Below are positions 50,802 to 63,447 of a stretch of 64,000 nt of DNA, piece by piece. Source of the stretch: Perkinsus olseni (lineage: Eukaryota); NCBI GenBank assembly GCA_013115125.1, contig JABANN010000093.1, positions 1-64,000 of the forward strand, read 5' to 3'. The notes beneath the pieces were generated by a model that was not told the origin of the DNA, searched no databases, and was given only the letters and a program-made list of their open reading frames with translations. Both the position numbers and the translations under genes were made by a program. Numbering within the stretch: the first letter of the stretch is position 1; every line of letters begins with the position of its first letter.

Positions 50802-51566
50802 ATGATTACTCCACTTCCGTTGGGGTGCCCAAGAGAGCAGACTCAGGAGGAAGCTATTAATGACGAGGCCACCCTTCAAGGTGAATGTCTCTCGATGTTT
50901 GTGCCCTCATCTGTCTTTATCGTCATTCAGAAGTCGATGCCATAAAGACCGTGCTGTTTAGTGTGGTGGAGCAAGAGTCGCCGCAGCAGCTGGCTTCATT
51001 TATAATAGAGATGTCGAATGAGATATCCAAGCTTGAAGAGAGGCTCCGACTGGAACAAGAGAAGAGCAGCTCTCAGGCTAATAAGACTCTGCTCTTAGAG
51101 CAACAACTCGCTTCCTTGCCATCCCCTCCAACGGAGGTTGGCTCGTCTTCCGGTGCGTCCGACAACGAATCGGCTCAACAAGATCGTCGGCCCTCACCGC
51201 CTAGTGTGAAGGGCATGAAGTCCCCTGGTGAGGTTGCTGTAGAATACGGTATTAGCGGATCGTCTCGGGCCGCCTATAACTCCCCATTACTGGCCACACG
51301 TTCACGACGGCAGAGGGTTGCCGACATGTTCATGGCAGTCCTTCAGGAGATGGACGGCAGTGAGGCTGTCCATCAGGTAGTAGCGGCAGGGCTGCTATCC
51401 GCTCGTGATTGGTCCATGTTATCAGTCTGGCAAGGAGTTCTGTAGAGGTTTTCCAAATGATATAACTCCGGACTACAACGCAATCGCCACGGAGTGTATG
51501 AAAGCCGTTCGACGGCAGATTTATTCGAGCAGCCACAGGAAGTGGGTACCGAAGAAAGGAGAGTAG
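50802..51566 (+). CDS. Coiled-coil hypothetical protein, tandem copy 2 (3 exons)
   Basis: Same exon structure as copy 1; ends PDYNAIATECMKAV...RKWVPKKGE*. Confidence 0.7.
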
Positions 51567-52540
51567 CCCCTGTGATTGCTTGGTTGCAGTACAGGAGTTC
51601 TTCTTCTTCTTCTCCTTAACTGAAGTTCATCGTTATGAACGCTATTGTGTAACTACAAGGCATTCCTTGTGCTCGTCGACGACTTCTGTTCACTATCAAG
51701 GATGATCGAAACTAGCTATCTCGAGTGGAGCTGAACTCCAGCTGTTGGAGCCTCAACTTGATGCATTCTGGCCAAGAAATCACTCAAAGCTAGTTATTTT
51801 TGCTGCCTGCGTTAGTTTCTGTGGTTTTCTCTGGCTCCGCGTTCGTAATTGGAATTGAGGCTACGATGGCAATTGTTCAGTCGCACCGAACACGCTGCGA
51901 GTCGTGGATCACGAACCGTGACGAACCCTAGGGCTGGTTGCTCATGGCGTGTCATGAAATGTAAATATTCGAGCAAGTGGAATGGCCCGGCTGAGTTCTG
52001 TCTGGGAACCGCTTCTCTCTGACTCCGTGACGTTAACGTCTAGGGATGTCCACTGTGGCCTATTTTGCCAAAGACTGTATGATCGTACCAGATTGGCGTC
52101 CCCTCCAGGTGTGGAGTATCATTGGTAACGCGTGTAATATTAGGTGCAAGTGAACAGTTGGCAAAAGGCAAGTGCTCTAGACTCTCGTGCTCGCCGTGCC
52201 CGCATTGAATTGGTATACAAGCTGTATAATACAGCTCTCTCCAGCCTGCATATGCGATACTCGACCGATACACATTGACGATTCTTCCGTAGTTGCTGCA
52301 CGGGCGGCGTCATGGTGACGCCGTCACGGTGGGCTAGGGCGTCACTTGGGTTGAGACGAGATTTCGTCGCTTCGCGCGCCTGATAATGGCCTAATACTCC
52401 TTAACACAATCGCATGGCTTGCACTGAAGTATACTTTACTGGCATGATCTGTTCTTTCACCGTGTATCGCAGGTAAATGACGCGACCACTGACAGTTCAA
52501 TTGAACCACTATACACAAAAAAACACACTCAAATGACAGG

Positions 52541-52612
52541 TCCGCGGTAGTATAGTGGTGAGTATTCCTGCCTGTCACGCAGGAGACCCGGGTTCAATTC
52601 CCGGCCGCGGAA
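52541..52612 (+). tRNA. tRNA-Asp(GTC)
   Basis: Acceptor TCCGCGG/CCGCGGA, anticodon arm CCTGC-CTGTCAC-GCAGG, T-arm CCGGG-TTCAATT-CCCGG, followed by CTTTT. Confidence 0.97.
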
Positions 52613-52797
52613 CTTTTCTGCTATTGTTCCGGGCAACGTGAACTATGAATTTACATGGTACATATGTTACGCTCTTGAGTTTGGCCTCGCTACAGCCCTA
52701 ACTGAGACAATCCACGCATTATCTGGTATCTTTCGAGACAAGAATGTCACGAATACTCTCGAGCAGGGCTCGGAGGCTCTCAGGAGAAGCAGTGGAG

Positions 52798-55700
52798 TTA
52801 TTTAAGGCGTCTCGAACTCGCCCGAGGATTATCAGGCGTTCCGAGACCAACCTGAAACATCAGGACTCTCGAAGGTCGTAGAGTAGCCTCAACGAGAAAC
52901 TGACCAGAGATTCCGAGCTCATTCGAGATTCGCATCCTACAGGCAAGAAATACCCACCGCTGCCGATGTCTCTCATTGATCTTCATTTCCTCAGCCTCTC
53001 TTTTACGTCTTGCTAATTCAGCAGCGGCCATTCCCATTGGCGTTTTAGGTGTACGAGGCGGGACAGGGCCTTTGCGAGGCGTTCGCCGAGGAGTGAAGGA
53101 ATTGCTTCCTCCTGGCGACGGGGTGTTTTGCCCCGCTGGGGATCGACGCGTCCCCATCAACAGCTGTGCCTCCAAGGCCTGCCTGAACAGTGTCGGCAAT
53201 CAGTGGCTGCGCCTGGGAAGTACCGCCCCACCTCTCATTCCTTAGCCGCTTGTTCTCTTCGTATAAGTTATTAATTTCATGCCTCAAGTGTTGAACATAA
53301 CTGACCCTCCTGCTTTGCGAAAGACGGTTGCCTCCCGAGTTCGCATTGGAAGCAGTCCCAGAGGTGATAGCTTCCATGTCGAACCGTTCCATTATCTTGT
53401 GGCATCGAGCAACCTGACGAGAGAGTCCAACGATGATTTGCAAAACTCGTTATTACTTCCTTAGCGGCGGTCTCCAAGTCGGCCCGAGTTGATGCCAGAT
53501 CCCCGAGAGCCTCTCGCAGCGTCTTGTTCGCCCCTTCAATTTCCCCTTCCAGGCACTGTCGCTGTTCCGCTGACAGACCAGTTGCCCGCAGCACCTGATA
53601 CTGCCCCCTTGTATTCTACTCATAAAGAGCCTCAGCATCACCTCAACTTCTGCTTCGCGCTCGGCCATTCTTTCCCTTGTGATTCTCAATTCCTCGCCCA
53701 TGCTTTCCCTCTCCTTATCGAGCTCCTCGATGCCATTCCGGAGTTGATATGTCTCCTAAACTCACACCAGCTGTTGGCAACAACGAGGGATCCCCACCTC
53801 CTGAGTTTCTCTTATGAGAGCCTCTAGCTCCTCCTTTTCATGCTGCATATACTCCAAAGTAGCCGCAAGGTGAGCAGCAGCTTCCTCCTTCGTTCTCGCG
53901 ACCTCAGCTCTGGACGAGAGAATTTCAGCGGCCCTCAGCGCAGCCTCCCGAGCCTTCTCCTCCTCTGCAGCGACCATTGCCGCTCGCGAGAGGCCGACCA
54001 CACAGGCCTGATGAAAGGAATGCATAAAAATGACGGAGAGAACCAACAGCTGACCCTGGCCACGATCACTGACGCCTCTTTCTGCGTGTATAAGGTCTCG
54101 TAGAAGGAGACTTTAAACTGGAGATCGAGCATGCTGGCTTCAGTGTTGACCAGAGAGTCTCCGGCGCGGACCAAATCATCCGATAACTCCGCGGCTCGCC
54201 CCTTCCACTCTCTCAGAGACGCTCGCACGGAGTCAAGCTCCAATTCCCTCGCCGATACTTGAGACTGAAGATGCTCATTCCTGAAGGTATCCAAGGTCGA
54301 AGCTTGACGATCTCAAAACGCTCACTGTGCCTTCCACTTGGTACACTGTTCGACCATAGCAGCGAAGCTATTATCTTGCATGCCAAGCCTAGTCTCTAAC
54401 ACGCGTATCCTCTCCCTGGCCTCCTGCATGCCAACTCTTGCTGATGCCGCCGACTGAGCTGCTGTGGCTTCATTCTCCAGCAAAGTTGAGCGGAGCGACG
54501 CAATCTGGCGATCTCCGTCATCAATCCACACGCGGAACGGCGATCAAAATAACCTCGGCAAGTAGGCTGAGCTTCTCCCTCTGGCGATCCTCGGCCAACT
54601 CCCTCAGCATCCCCTCCGCCACTGCTGCCCTTCCAGACGAAATCATGCTCTACTCAACAGCAGCCGTCCCTCGTTCACCCAGGGCCACAGGAGACTACCT
54701 CTCGGGCCTTGGTGTTGACCTCTGCCTTCAGCTCCTCCATCCTCTCCCTCTCCTCGGCCAGCTGCATCTGGACGTCCGCCAACCTCACACAGGCCGAGTC
54801 CCTCTCCTCCTGGGCACACCGCTGCTGCGCTATCGACTCCACGAGCTGAGCCGTGATGTTGAAAACCTCGAGGGAGGGGCAAGAGGGAGTCAGCCACCGG
54901 AGGCCACCAACGCTAACCTGGTCTTTGAGCTCTCCCATAGCACCAGAATGTTGTAGAGTGACGGCTGCATCGAGTAGTAGTGCAGACACTCTCCTCAACC
55001 TCCTCCTCCTCTTCACGCTGCTGTTGGCCAGCCCTCCTGGCGTGCTGTACAGTGATACTACGCCCGGGGACTCCTGAAGGCCTATAGTCTTCGACACCGT
55101 CGAACAGAAGGCTTACGATGACAGAGCGGGGGAGGGGTGACGGTTGAGTGACGGTAGCCTCTTCGGTGATAAGGGCCTCGCCCCCTTCCTGGTCCTCAAT
55201 GAGCAGTTCTATCGGAGGTACAGCTTCATCCCCTTCCTCCTCCAACTCCCGCGCCAGACTCTCTGCCTTTGCCTCGGACGCCCTCAGAGCTTCTCGGACC
55301 TCTACCAACTCCAACTTCAGTGCCGATACCTCGCCCAACCTGTTAACAGTGGTAGTGAAGAGACAACCTGAGACGGCTACTACCTCCTAGCCTCCGCCAC
55401 CTTCAACTTCTCATAGCGCTCCTCCGCGGCGAGCTTGGACCTCTCCTCAACCTCCATTCGTCGTCTTACTGCTGCCAACTCTGAAGTTACCTTGGAAGAA
55501 GAAGCAACATTCTGCCCAGCCATGTGCCTTGTGAAGCTCTCGATCAAAGCATCGTGGTTTCGGCCTATGAGGTCGCCAGTAATGACACTGAGACTATCTG
55601 CCACCGAGAAAGCTTCACAGTTCCAGGCTCCCTCGGTGTCAGAAATTTCACCGACCTCAAAAACCAGTTCCGGTGACGTAGTTGTGAGACGAAAGATACG

Positions 55701-57780
55701 ACGAGCAATACATCGGAGGCCGACACTGGGCTTAGCTCAGTAGGAAAGAACAATACACTGGAATGCTCGAACCCGCTACCGGACAGTTCTTCAAGTCTTT
55801 GGTGAAATTAAAGGACATGCATCTCTTCGACTCAATAATGTTGGAAGATCCAGGAGGCAGCGCATGGGAATGAATTCGTGGTTGACTGCAGCTCCGACTG
55901 AGGTGATCCCAAGGTGCTGCTCGACGGGCAGGTAAAGACTATCACTCATTCTGTCCTCTCTCGCTCAAGACGCAGCAAGACTGCCTCAGCAGATACCGAT
56001 GGTACGGAAGACTCTCTTACGGAAGTAGCCCCCCGCTGAGTGGCCTCCCTCAGGAGGATGGCGAAGTTGAGTACAACCAACCCTGTAGGGCTCTAATCAT
56101 CTCCGGTCGAAGTCCTGTAGATATCGGACTTAGCTGCCCCTCCCTTCACCTGGCTCATCTCCTCCTTCACCCCCTCCGCCTCCTCCCGAGCAGCCTTTAC
56201 TTCATTCTCGTACTTCTTATGCAGCCCTTGGCTTGCCTCCAGCTCCTGCTCCACTGCCCTTATCCGATCCAGCATCTCCCTCGTTCGCCTAGGGCAGCGC
56301 CATTGCGGAGAATAACAACCACCGCAAGGACCTACCGCGCTTCGACCGACTTCAGCTCGTCTATCTCCCTGCCTTTCACCTCCTCCAAAGCAGCCAACTT
56401 TTCCTTCAACTCGCCCACTTGCTTCTGCAGCTGCCAGCAAGAGTACCGCAAGCTGCCACGGTCGGACCTCCTCACCAGCTCCTTCTCTGTCGTCTGCTCC
56501 TTCCCTTCGCGAGTCAGGTTCTCAATAACGATCTCCATGGCCACCATCCTGTCTCGGTGCCTGACTCCGCCCTGCCCTCCATCAACAGCACCAGTCCCTT
56601 ACTTGTCGACATCGGCCTTCCGGCCCTCCCCTTCTGCAACCGCCTCCTCCAGCTTCTCACACTCCGCTGTCAACTCGGCAATTCTCTTCGTGGATGCATG
56701 CCTTAAGTCCGCGAGCTTCAGAGAGACACGAAATTCAGCAACTCGTGAGGGCCCCTTTCTCACAGCCTGGGCCTGCTGCGATCGCTCCTTTGCTGCTCCC
56801 TGCTTCACGGCAGCTAGCTGAGAATAGAACCAGGATCGTGCACTCATTCTTCTGTTCTATTCTGTAGATGCACAGACGAATTAGCGATAGCGAACTCTTC
56901 CGGCATACGAGAAGAGGTACTGTATGATCTCATCATAACGAATCCTGAGTCCGCAGAGTAGCACTTACTTCAAGCATGGCCTTCTCATGGACCCCCTCAG
57001 CGTCCCGAGCCTGCTTTCGACTCTCCTCAAGTTCAGCAGCCACCAGAGAGAGTCGGCGTAGTAATCGATCAATCCTTTTGTCCCTGCAAGGCAGTGGCTA
57101 CCGAGGACCGCCGTCCAAGCTCGAGGGTACTTCTCATCGTCGGACATCCTCTTGCCCTTGTACTCCCTTAGTTGCCCCTTCAACTGCCTCACCATCGATT
57201 CCGCCTTCCCTCTCCTCTCCTGCTCCACTGCAAGCTGCTTCCGAAGGTCCATGCACTCGTTGGCTTGGGCCTGCTGCCGACGACGTTTCTCCACCTTTCG
57301 AATACCGTCATAATCACCTTCAAATTCTCTTTGTCAACTCCTGCGTCGCTCCGCCTCCTACCACCACCCCGTTTTCTACCACTACTATCCCCCAGTAGTG
57401 AGCTCGTCGATGCACAGCCAGAAACAGCAACGCTGCTGTTCACAGACAGGCAGCAGCTGACTTCATCATCATCATCCTCAGCGCGGCCCTGCGACCCTAT
57501 CGACAGCGTCCGACTCCGCAGTGGAAGGTAGGCAGCTGGGGAAGCCAACTGGAGGAAAGGAGGACGTATCAGTGGACTTGCCCAGGCACTCTACCATCGA
57601 CTCCCCCTCAGAAGAGGATACTGATGACCGCCTTCGACTGTTCGATCGACTCAGTCGTTTGTAGCTGCTAGGCGGTGGAGGGAAGGCACTTGGACGAGGT
57701 ATTCTCGTCAACGGCGAGCAGAGCTCTTCTAGTGGGGGAGGGGACCCCTCGGCTGGAGGCAAGGGGTGGGCTGCTGCCAT
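52798..57780 (-). CDS. Long coiled-coil protein, multi-exon (possibly two genes split near 55.75-56.05 kb)
   Basis: Numerous E/K/R/A/L-rich heptad exons joined by short introns; Pro/Ser-rich N-terminus. Confidence 0.7.
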
Positions 57781-57909
57781 CAAGACTTCTACCCCGTCAC
57801 CGTTACCGCGCCCCTTAATTCACCACTACAACGACAACAACAAGGCGTGAAATGGCAACTTCGACACGAGCATGCTGGACAGCTTCATGTATAATAATAG
57901 TACACCGGG

Positions 57910-60077
57910 CTACCATTGGGTAGCAGCAGCGGCAGCGATGCAGGTCGGGTCCTCGGTCAGGTACCTAGAGCGTTGATGATAACAACGGAGGCGACTGAAG
58001 GGCAGCCACTGACCATGGTTTGATAACTTGAAGGAACTGGAAGACCTTCTTGGCGACTTGGGAGTTGTCAGGATTCTTATCAGGATGCCACTTCACAGTG
58101 AGCTGCTTGAACGCTGTCTTCCTCGCAGCGACCTCTTCCCCAGCAAACAGGGACGCCTGCATGTCCCGCACGACCTCCACCTTGATCTCATACGCCACTC
58201 TACTAGACCAGTCATCACCCTCTAGCGGCTCTGTGAGATGCTCTGACACTGACAAGGAGGGGACGCTCATTCAATCGCAAAATCGTCGCTGTCTAGTACC
58301 TATATCCTGAGGGGGCGGAAATACCGTGCTCGGGGTTCGAACCAGGGACCTTTTCTGTTGATGGGTAAAAGGCATGCTACCAGGTGGTATGACCGGATAC
58401 CCTCTATGATAGTGCTCTCGTTGGGCCATCAAAAACTCTGCCTGCCTCTGCTTCATGTATTCTTCCCATTGACGATAGTACTCCCTCTGAGCCGCCGCGT
58501 AGGTCGCCCATGGATCCCCTGCCTCCTGCTGCTGCTGCTGCCGATGGTCGGCAGGCAGCCTCTCCTCCTCACTATTATCGTAGTAGTTATCCGCAAACCC
58601 CTCCTCCTTTAACTCATCCCTTTGCTGCCCTACCTGTCCTACTACTACTCTCTCTCTAATAGTGACAGTGGCCCTGTTAGCCTCGCCCCTCCTATACCCA
58701 CCACCCTCTCTCTTACCCGTACCCCAGCTCTTCAGAAGACCCAAGTCGGGCATTCCAGCGGGGACGTCGCTGCTACCATCCCCTACGTGAAGGGGGCCTT
58801 GCTCTACTTCCAGACTGGGAGTACCCTTGCCCAGTGACGTGCCCAGGACGTGCCTAGCTTCCCCAGGGTGCGCAGAAGGATACCCTATACTACTGGCGAC
58901 CTCCTCCTCCACCACAGCGACATCATCGCTCTCATCCCCCGCTCCCTGCTTCTCCCCCTCAAACTCTGAGTCAGGCTCCACGGGTATCGAGGGGGGCAGC
59001 GGCGGTAGACTGGGGTGCCAATAGGGTTGATATCCTATCGATTCTCTCATTCTCTCCGGCGGAGCGACGCAGTTCTCCTCTACGCTGCTTTTCCCATCCT
59101 CCTCTTGCTCCTGCCTACTCTCCTCCTCCAGCGCAGCAATGAGGCCCTCCTGCGCTGATGCTGCTCTGTCCATCGCTTGCTTCGTACCGGCCATCCGCTT
59201 GCTCAGCTCGGCTGATGCCTGACACGGCGGCCGCTACAACTACCAGCAGCAGCAGCAGTGGCACAGGTCTCCCTCTCACCTCGTCCATATCCCGTAACAA
59301 TGCCCTAGCCGCTGCCTTGATGGCCCCTGGAAGCAGACAGAGGTCCGATGGCTCCACCCAGACTCTCTGTCCCCTCTCCCCCAGTACGACCACCCAACAC
59401 CTCCCCTCAGTCGCATCGCTCTGCTCAACTTCACACAACGCAAAGTCCTTCCCTCCCAAGGAGAGGATGCCGCATAGATCACCCACAGGAGGCGGGGCGA
59501 CGCACCTGGAGAGCTCCATAGCGGAACAGCCAGCCAACAGCTCCGTCCATCTGCCCTCGAGACCCTCCACTACTACCCTCGCCCCACGCTTGGCCTCTCG
59601 TGCCTTCACTACCCCCATTGCACAGTCCATCAGCTGGCGCTGTAGTAGCGTATCAGCCCGGGCACTCGAACTCGCCTCCAACACTGTCGAGTCCCCGATA
59701 GGGAGCGGCGCGTCTCTGCGATCTCTAGCCTCCTGTGGCCCATCCTCGGGCGCGTCACCACTGGCCGGCCGGGCCCGAACCTCAGTCGAGTGACGAGTAC
59801 CGTTGGAAGGCCTCCCTCTTCTCCGGTAACTCTTCGTCCGCCCCTCCTCCTCCTCTTCACTACCACCATCCACTGTCCCAATACTATTACCTTGCGGCAG
59901 CAGCAGCAGCCTAGCCATCCTGAACTTCACTCTCTCCACAAAGCCCCTCACCCCAGCCCCTGTGATGTAGTACTTGGGAGCCCTATTCCTATACCACCGC
60001 ACGCACCTATAGGAGCAGATCCCCACCACCATTAACGCCCCTATGGACGCGATGACCACTAGCAACGCATACGACAT
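57910..60077 (-). CDS. Membrane-anchored protein with C-terminal DnaJ (J) domain
   Basis: N-terminal TM YALLVVIASIGALMVVGIC; C-terminal KTAFKQLTVKWHPDKNPDNSQVAKKVFQFL with the HPD motif. Confidence 0.8.
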
Positions 60078-60229
60078 CCTCCCATATTGCAAAGGGGCCG
60101 ACACACAGCTACGAAAGGGAGTGACTCGTCGAGAGCAACTCAACACTGACAGCAGGTAAGGCAGACAACAAGGTGGGTAAAGGGTGGTGATGATAATGAC
60201 CAAGTCATGACGATTATGAATTACTACCA

Positions 60230-61540
60230 TACTACAAAACCTCATACAGCAGCCGTGGAAGGGCGTCCTGCAGCACAAAGATCGAGGGCACGCAGCCACA
60301 GCTGACCACCTACTCCCGGGCTGCCGACGTCCACTGCTGGTCGAAGCCTTCTGAGTGCTCGGTCGCTGAGGTTTGACCTCTCCGCGCAATATCCTCACCA
60401 TCGACGGTATTCTGAGAGGAGGTAGTCACGGCAGCCCGACCGAGACCCGTCTACCTCCCCGAGAGTATTTTCCCCCGATGGAGGTTCTCCGTATTGATGT
60501 AATCCCTGACCCTATTGGGCACGGCATTCCCTTGCACCCTGCTGCTGTTATCCTCAGCATAGCTGCCATGCTCCAACAACACTCTACAGCTCTCCCGAGC
60601 GTCCATTGCAATCGCCGAGTCAGCCCCCGATCCGGGCGGATAGTCCTCACTGAGGAGACCAACCTCAACACGCCACCAACAGCAGAGCCCTCACCTGTAT
60701 CTTGTCCGAGCGTCGAAGTGGAAGCCCATGGTACTGGTAGTGGGCTTCGGTATCGGGGGCTTGCACCTCTCCCCGACGCACTCAATACCTCCTGAGTTCC
60801 TCTGCCAGTCAGGATAGAACTCGTGAGAGGCCGGCTGCTTGTACCTGCACGAATCACCCTACAATGCTGTGCAATAGTGCAGCGAGGTTACAGGAGGTAA
60901 AGTTCCCCATCAACATGGGTCTGGACGGCAGGCCTCAGCATGGCCTCCTTCCGAGCTCCAGGGTACACCACGTAGTCGTCCGAATATCGACTCCGGCCCT
61001 TCTGCTGAGGACTAGGGCCATTGGCCGGACCTACACAGCTCGATAGGTGATAGTAGGTAAAGGGGGACTCCGCCCTTACTCGAGGCAGGCCGGAAGGTCT
61101 TTGCCAACTCCCTGTTGATGACCGCACCTTGCAGGGGCAGTGGTTGGTACTGTTCCATATACGCGGACATCTCCCGCGGCCAGAACGGCGCCCTGTTGGG
61201 CTTGAACTCCCCTGAGCGATGGTCAGAGCCACAGGATCAGACCCAACAGCACTTACCTCGCCGGGCCATGTCCTCATCGATCTTGTGAATGCAGGACATA
61301 CTCTGGCTGCTGCTGCTCGCGCCACTGGAAGACTTACCCACCACCACGGACTTGTCCACGAAAGTCTCCTTAGTAGTGGTACTGTAGAAAAGCTTACGTA
61401 CATCTTCAGGGGAGAAGGAACTTTGTATCTGCACGATAATACCTCAGCCGGGAATCGAACCCGGGACCTATCAGTGTCACCTGTGGTGTAAAGCCCTGGG
61501 ATGCCATCAGCTTCTTCTTAGCATCGTGTACAGCCGGCAT
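60230..61540 (-). CDS. Multi-exon hypothetical protein, possibly microtubule-inner-protein-like
   Basis: MPAVHDAKKKLMASQGFTPQ splices in frame to IQSSFSPEDVRK; recurring short motifs STTTKETF, SRYSDDY, ASHEFYPDW, STMGFHF. The 3' end is approximate. Confidence 0.5.
61440..61477 (-). pseudogene. tRNA 3'-half fragment (Val-like) filling an intron
   Basis: ACACTGATAGGTCCCGGGTTCGATTCCCGGCTGAGGTA: perfect T-arm, variable loop and 7-nt acceptor strand plus discriminator; no 5' half nearby. Confidence 0.75.
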
Positions 61541-61825
61541 GACTATCAAAGGCCCAATGAACTAATCAACCCCTCAACTCCGATTCACAACACAACGTCC
61601 CTCCAGATAACATTCAAGGCCATTCTGAGAGGCGACCACCTGTCGCCGGGCGGGCATGTTGGCATGAATTCCTCCATAGAGGGCGGAGAGCTGCACAAAG
61701 AGACTTCCTGCCGATTCGGCAATGGCTTCGTTATGGAAGAAGAACAAGAGAAGGGAAAATGCCAAGGTCGGCCCGCTGCCATGAATTTGACAGGCATGAA
61801 CAGCCGAGTATATGGTACAGTGGGG

Positions 61826-63447
61826 TCAGGTAGACGGCGGGTGGGGTACCAGGCACGACACTATAACCGTGATGTCATCAATGACAACACCTCCACCTTG
61901 ATCGAGCCACCTCCGACAGGCCCTCTTCGCCAGGACATCAGCAGCCGTCTGGGCCTGCCTACTACTAGTGAGGATAGTACTCACTATACCAACAGCCTCC
62001 TGTGTCGAGATGAACTCCCATACACCATCACTACAGACAAGAAGGAAGGGATCCCCGGGCCGCCACTCTGAACTAGTGGACATTGAGGAAGACGAGGAAC
62101 TATCTCTCTCAGGATCTCTCAATACAGCCTTCCTCCTAGTGTCCGGTATTGGGACGACCCCCGCCCTGTAGTAGGCTATTAGATCCCCCATCGCTCGGGA
62201 CATGTTTAAACCAGGGTAGCTTTGACCCTTCACGTACACTCTATAGCTACAATGGCCGTCGAAGCCGACCTGAAGGGGGGCAGCAGCCACAGCACCCCCA
62301 CCACCATGGATGGACCCCCGGCACTACCCTTCCGCCAGATTTCTCGATCCTCGCCTTCTCCTCTGGCCTGTCCGGGCGGTGGTCGGTGGTCATCTCCACG
62401 CCCTTTGGGGTAGAAGGCAAGGCTAGGACTGCCCTCGAGTCCCCAACCCATGCTGCTGTGACGGTGTCCGTCTTGTGACTATGCAGGAGACGGCATCTCC
62501 GAGGGATGGACGATGAGGGCGATTAGGGCTCACCAGTGGATGCATAAGGTGGCTGTACTCCCACTGCAGGCCGCGTCTACTTCACCGGACTTTGTTGCGG
62601 CCTAACACTTTCATACCACACCAATCGCAACTCATTATTACCTCTAAGCGCTGCTGTACCGCAGGAAACCATGCCCTCAATGCCCTGTCAAGCCCTCGTT
62701 CCTCACTAATGGCATCCTTAGGTTCGTTAAGAATCAACTAAGCAAGAGAAGTCCAGTGCAGCACAGTGGTTCTATCCCTCACTTTCACCAAGCTCTCCTT
62801 GACGAAATTGGAGACATCATGCCCGTGCAGACCATGACCGTCAAAAACCCCGTAGACTGTGAAGCTATCATCAACATTCATAATCAGAAAGGAATCCTGA
62901 GGTTGATTATGGTCAATCTCGAGTAGCTCCCGCCGATCGCCATTACCTGATTCGGGCTGTCGGGCTTCAACCCCTTCTTGCAGGCATAACCGATCCCACT
63001 GTCCCTCAGCGTCCTCTCCGGTACCCCACCCAGCAGTAGAATATCCTTATCCTTATAAGTCTCCCTATGATGGAGATCAGAATCAGTAGTAGAGGCAATA
63101 GACCATCGCCGCCCCCGTGCAGCATCATCTAGTGAGTGGGAGCCCTTTGACATTCCCGTGGCCACGATGTCGTCAACTCCCACTGCCTCCACCCCTCGTG
63201 AGCAGGAAGAAGACGACCGCGAAGAAAGGATAGATCGTATTTTGGAGGGCCTACAGAGGGGGTAGTGCTTATCAAGGCTCATCCCTAGAACCCTTTACTT
63301 TTTGTCCTCCCCTACTGCCCCCGGTTCCGTTATGGAAAGCCTCCTCCGTCGAGCCGCGTCCGAGGAGGTCAGACTAGGCCTGCGTATTTTCCGCAGGATG
63401 GAGGTACTCGAGGACGATGAGGAAGCCGTGGAAGGTCCGCAACCCAT
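61826..63447 (-). CDS. Protein phosphatase 2C (PPM family) with N-terminal MGC acylation motif
   Basis: GYACKKGLKPDSPNQD, YGVFDGHG, GLNMSRAMGDL, LLVCSDGVWEF, DDITVIV. Confidence 0.95.

Noticed and set aside
55723-55775. CTGGGCTTAGCTCAGTAGGAAAGAAC, like a tRNA 5' half (similar TAGCTCAG at ~46628)
   Set aside because: Imperfect D-stem, no anticodon arm and not complementary to any of the 3' halves; could be chance.
59115-60401. 428-aa ORF as a single protein
   Set aside because: It runs through the end of the upstream gene, the intergenic region and an intron; the plausible start is MSYALL at 60077.
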